Shown piece after piece: positions 59,581 to 64,000 of a stretch of DNA of 64,000 nucleotides. This stretch comes from Chrysemys picta bellii. Its lineage: Eukaryota. Under the pieces are notes generated by a model that saw only the letters and a program-made list of their open reading frames with translations, was not told the DNA's origin and did no database searches. Position 1 is the stretch's first letter. Every line of letters starts with the position of its first letter. The position numbers and the translations under genes were made by a program. The stretch is taken from positions 32,612,001 through 32,676,000 of the forward strand of contig NC_088797.1 of assembly GCF_011386835.1 (NCBI RefSeq), read 5' to 3'.

Positions 59581-62500
59581 CTCCACCCCAGCTGCAGACA
59601 GTGATCAAATCACTATGGGAACCATATAAAGACCTAAACTAGATTACCCCAGTAAGGCAGGAGGCATGTGCTTTCAGAACACAACCTCTCTGTGGCAGGG
59701 ATTTCTAATACTACTTGACTCAGCACCAGCCAGTGGAGATCTTAACCAAACATGAATCAACCTTTGCCCCTTTTATAGATGAGATCCACAGACTTGCCCT
59801 GAGGTCAGTGCCAGAACCAGGGAACAGAACCTAGATCTTGTGCTGTCTGTGACAGAAGCACACCACTGTTCCTTCCTCTTGGAGTGCGAGTGAAAGGGAA
59901 GGGGGGACAAAAGCGCTTACCTCCTGCTTCATCTCAGGTTGGATTCCCCCTGGGTGTTTAAGGCTCACAGTTAGAGAGAAGAGACTGGGAGATCTTCGGG
60001 GAATCCCTCAAGTCATCTTTCACCTCTGCTAGCAGGATGCTTGGTGGGTCCTCCAGAAATCCTGCTCTTCCCCTGACATGTCAGCTGAGGCCAACAGAGT
60101 TCCTGGTCTGGGGGTTACCTTAATGTAAGGTCTCTTTGGGATAGGGTCAATCTAGAATAGATGGGCGAGTTAGATTCACTAGCCCCTCCTGCCTGAGTTT
60201 CTAAAAGGATCTAGGGTCTTTGCATCCTGCTCTTTGGTTTCCCCTTGGCCTGGAGGAGCTTGGGTAACAGGTGGCCTTCAGCGTAAAATGAACAGATTTA
60301 AACTCAGAGGTGCCAGCTCCAAGGACTCTGTTGAGTCAGCAGACTTGATAGTCCCAACAGGATGGCTCAGAAGTCAGGCTGACAAATGTCTGTCCATGAA
60401 CTGTGCTGAAAGCAGATACCGCGCCCCCTCTTTGGATGCTTATGGAACTAAGACTTGCTCCCTAATGCTCTCCCATGGCCAGATCCAGACCGTTCTGATT
60501 GGACGCTCAGAGCGGCTTCCCCTGAGCTGCTGGGCTCTTCCAAATTCTGTTCTTGGGGCACATGACGCCGCACTCCCATGGTTAGGGGATGGAAGGAGTC
60601 TGACCTTTGAGCCCGGGCTGAATGGCAATGGTGCTTCTACAGCCCTTTCCATTAGAGGCTCTCCAGGCACTGAAATGCTCCCTCAGTCACACATGGGGAA
60701 ACTGAAGCAGGCAGGGGAAGTGATCTGTCTACAAACTCATAGGGGTAGACTCTCCCTGCTCTAACCACTACACCATTCCCCCCAGTACCCCACTCCCCTG
60801 CTCGCAGCATCGTCTCCAACAAACACAGGCTCAAACACTCATCGGGGAGGTCTTTCTGCCTTACCTCAATCTGCCATGGACAGATGCCAGAGGGAGACGG
60901 TTACCCTGTCGGCTGTTTTTTTCTGATGCTCCCCCTTCACCTCCCAGACGTGCTGCTGGGGGAATGAAAGGGTCTCTCTATCACTTCTCTCACACACCAG
61001 TGGTCCACCTAGTTCTGTATCCCACATCGAGGGAAGGCATTACCCAATGCTGTACCAATGGGGGTGCAATTCCTGGCCCCAGCGGGTGACCACGTTCTGC
61101 CCCGAGTCTGCTCCTAGGAGAGAAAGCAGCTCAAGCTGACTATTCAGCAGTGCAATGGATTCCTATGCCATCGTCTCTGGCAACTGAAGACAGCTACTAA
61201 AAAGCAAATGGAGGCAGGGTGTGCTAGCCCTAAGCGGATGCATGCAGGGGGATCTGGAACGACCAAAGCGATCCCCAGGCTGAGACATGCATGTGCTAAG
61301 GAGTGGGTCTGTCCCTAGATCTTCAAACCCAGTAAGGGCAGGAACATGAGCTAGCCAGAGGACATCATAAAGGGGAGGGGAGGGGGGGGAGATGGAGCGC
61401 TTTAGATGGGTGGAGGCAGCATCCCCAGCAAGAAACCAAGATCTCTTTGCACATACAGTGCTTACCCAAAGATTTCAAAGCAATCTCTGCTGTGGGGAAA
61501 CCGAGGCACAGGGAGGGGAAGGGAGTTGCTGGGAATAGAACCCATGAGTCCTGCTAGCCTTGCGCTCTCACCAGAGGGTGCCCTCTGGACTGCCAAATAG
61601 CTAACCCGAGAGCACCAGAAGAGGAAGAAGCGCAGGTCGGGGACAAGGGGAGTGGTATATTCACTCAAGCTTGTAGTGGAGGCTTCACGCTTCCTTCAGC
61701 AGGGTGGTGGTTAAAGGCACTGCGCTGTCTTGAATCAGCTCTGCCTGCACCTTTGCAGCCGAGATCCCTTTCCCCCTTACGCCTCCGAGCACCGGGCTGT
61801 GTATGGAGAAAAAAAATCAATGGGGGGGGAGAAAGGGTTAAAATGTTAGATACCTGACAAGTGAGGTCTAAACAAATGTGTATGGGGGTGGGGGAGGGAG
61901 GGGGGAAGTTGGCCTCAACAACAGGAATAGCAGATAAGGGGCTTGCAACAGGTCAGAGTTACAGATGCCCTGGCTGAGTTAGAGCAGAGGAATGCTGTGG
62001 CCAGAAGGCAGGAGGGAAACCCAGGCAGCCTGTGGGGTTGCTAACAAGGTGCTCGCCGTGGGGAGGGCACAGGGAGATGGGAAGGGAAGAGGGTCGCTCC
62101 GTTAACTGAGGCAACCGCGGCGGAACAGGCAGCGCGATACGGTCAAGCGAAATCGGGGTGTCAGTTTTGCCGTTCGCTAGGCACAGAGGAGAGAGGCAGA
62201 GAAAGAAGAGCCGCACGGAGGTTTGGGCACAGTTAAAGCGACGCAGCAGCTGATTTGACGACGAGACGCCGGGAAGTTCTGTACAAGATGTTTAATCATC
62301 AATGTAAAAAACAAAAAGGGAAAAAGAAGCCGTGACACGGATGGACTTTGGATGCACCAAAAAATCCACTTCCTTTTATAATACTGAGGTACAGAAACAG
62401 AACAAGGCACCCCTCCCCCCCCATCTGGTCCTAGCTACGGCTCTAGAGACACACATTTCAAAACGCCGCTCCGCATGCACAGCACGGGAAGACCGCACCA

Positions 62501-62809
62501 AGGAATTAGCCAGCAAAAAAGAAAAAAAGAGCACTGCAAGTTACAACGGTTAAAACTGATGAGAGGGGAGGGGAATCAAGAAAGGATCAGCTCTGAATTA
62601 CGAGCAGAATCGCCTTGGCTGTCAGTGCAGGCTTGCAGGGGGCCAGTTCGTCGGGCGACTGATCTTCCAAACTGGGATTATTTTCTTAGCGACTGAACCA
62701 AACCAAAACAGAACGTAAGGAAAGGAAACCAGGAGGGAAACGGGATGAAGGGGGAAGGTAGAGAAAAGATGCAACCTAACAAACCTTGGAAAGTGGGAGC
62801 ATGAGACGA

Positions 62810-63168
62810 CTGAAGGAAAAAGAAAGCAGGTTAAATTTCTTAACGGGGAGGGAGGGAGGCAAACTCACTTCTCGCCAGCGCTACTTGACCTTCAAAGGAA
62901 ATCTAGGCTATCTTTATATATATTTTTATGTATATATATATACAAACACACACACATAAAAGGTTGTCTAGTTCATAGGAGCCTATTTACTGCCTTTCAG
63001 GAGGCATGGTAACCTCCATCCACTGTGGATGGCATCAGAGAGCTACTTTAGGGAGGAGTGGCACTCCCTTACCCCATAAAAAACTGTGCCAATAAGGAGT
63101 TCTAGGGCTAGTTACTCTCCACCCCATGCCTCCGCCTCCCACCGAAGCTAAGATCTCTGGTCACTTAC
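62810..63168 (-). other. 3'-UTR intron of the RBM4/14-like gene
   Basis: Perfect GTAAGT donor 19 nt after the stop codon; acceptor tttaac-ctgctttctttttccttcag ending at 62810; a second strong acceptor ends at 62693. Confidence 0.6.
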
Positions 63169-63187
63169 TACTATGAGCACAGTAAGA

Positions 63188-64000
63188 TTAGTACGTCTGG
63201 GCATACTGAGTGGCATAGCCGTTGCTGTATTTCTCATAGTACTCCCCTGCACTGTAGGTGGCACCCATGCTGTACTGGGAGTAGGTAGCTGCTGCTGCGG
63301 CTGCAGCCGCCACTGCTGCATAACCCGTTTGGTTGTACACTTGACTGTATGTCTGGGCAGCAGCCGCGGCAGCATAGGGATCAGTATACTGGGCCACCGC
63401 AGCAGTCGTCCGCCTGCCCACAGGGCTCCTCTCTCTGTAGGCGGTGGGGGTAGAGGGCGGAGGTGGCAGGGCCCTCTCGTATGCTGTCCTCGCAGTCATC
63501 GCCCGGTCGTAGAGCTCATAAGCATAGCGGTCATAATATTCCCGGTCATACCAAGATCGGGGTGCATACGGGGTGTATGGAGGCGGTGGCGGGGGGATGC
63601 GCCCCCTGGGGAAGTAGTAACTGGGCAGTGCAGGTGGTGGAGGTGGCACAGAGGTCCCCTTGGTTGTCTTGAGCGAGTTGTTGCTCTTGGACAGTGTTAC
63701 AAAGATCTTCTGGTCCTCCAGAGGCATGTCATTGAGGTTCAAGATGGCGTCCATGGCTTCCCTCTCCTTGGCCATGTGGACAAAGGCGTAGTTCTTGACA
63801 ATGTCACACTCCACCACCTTGCCAAACTTCTCAAAGAGCTCCTTGATCTGGGCTGTGGTGGCCTTGCTGGAGACATTGCCCACATAGATCTTGGTGGCGT
63901 TACGGATCTTGGAGGTGGCGTACTCTACCGTCAGGTGGGCCCCGTAGAACTCCTGCTTGTGCAGCTCGCTGATGGCCTTGTGGGCCTCGTCCTCCTTCTC
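63188..64000 (-). CDS. RBM4/RBM14 (lark)-family RNA-binding protein with two RRMs, 5' end beyond the window
   Basis: The frame is open from 64000: EKEDEAHKAISELHKQEFYGAHLTVEYATSKIRNA (end of RRM1), TKIYVGNV...VVECDIVKNYAFVHM (RRM2). It continues into a Pro/Tyr-rich region, a YRERSP motif and Ala-rich tracts. There is no CCHC knuckle. Confidence 0.85.
   Translation of the reverse strand, partial: EKEDEAHKAISELHKQEFYGAHLTVEYATSKIRNATKIYVGNVSSKATTAQIKELFEKFGKVVECDIVKNYAFVHMAKEREAMDAILNLNDMPLEDQKIFVTLSKSNNSLKTTKGTSVPPPPPALPSYYFPRGRIPPPPPPYTPYAPRSWYDREYYDRYAYELYDRAMTARTAYERALPPPPSTPTAYRERSPVGRRTTAAVAQYTDPYAAAAAAQTYSQVYNQTGYAAVAAAAAAAATYSQYSMGATYSAGEYYEKYSNGYATQYAQTY

Overview
GC-rich vertebrate genomic DNA, probably from a turtle (inferred from the repeat families, not proven). 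The gene block ARL2(-), SNX15(-), SAC3D1(-), NAALADL1(+) has the order and relative orientation I recall for human 11q13.1, and all four exon chains can be assembled in frame. Three further genes have no counterpart in the human block. They are (1) the 3' part of a BEGAIN/TJAP1-family coiled-coil gene (960-3529, +), (2) a complete, divergent prospero-family homeobox gene between NAALADL1 and SAC3D1 (23071-27338, -), probably a third vertebrate paralogue (PROX3-like), and (3) the 3' part of an RBM4/RBM14(lark)-family two-RRM gene without a zinc knuckle (63188->64000, -). Notable fine structure includes a minor-spliceosome (U12) intron in the PROX gene that starts ATATCCTT but has no AC terminus, and a GT-AG U12 intron in ARL2. 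There is also a 50-bp VNTR built from a NAALADL1 exon/donor junction, a Penelope-type fragment folding as a minimal hammerhead ribozyme, hAT MITEs with perfect 8-bp target-site duplications, and tandem arrays carrying CTCF-like or YY1-like motifs. Gene names rest on remembered reference proteins; no database search was run.
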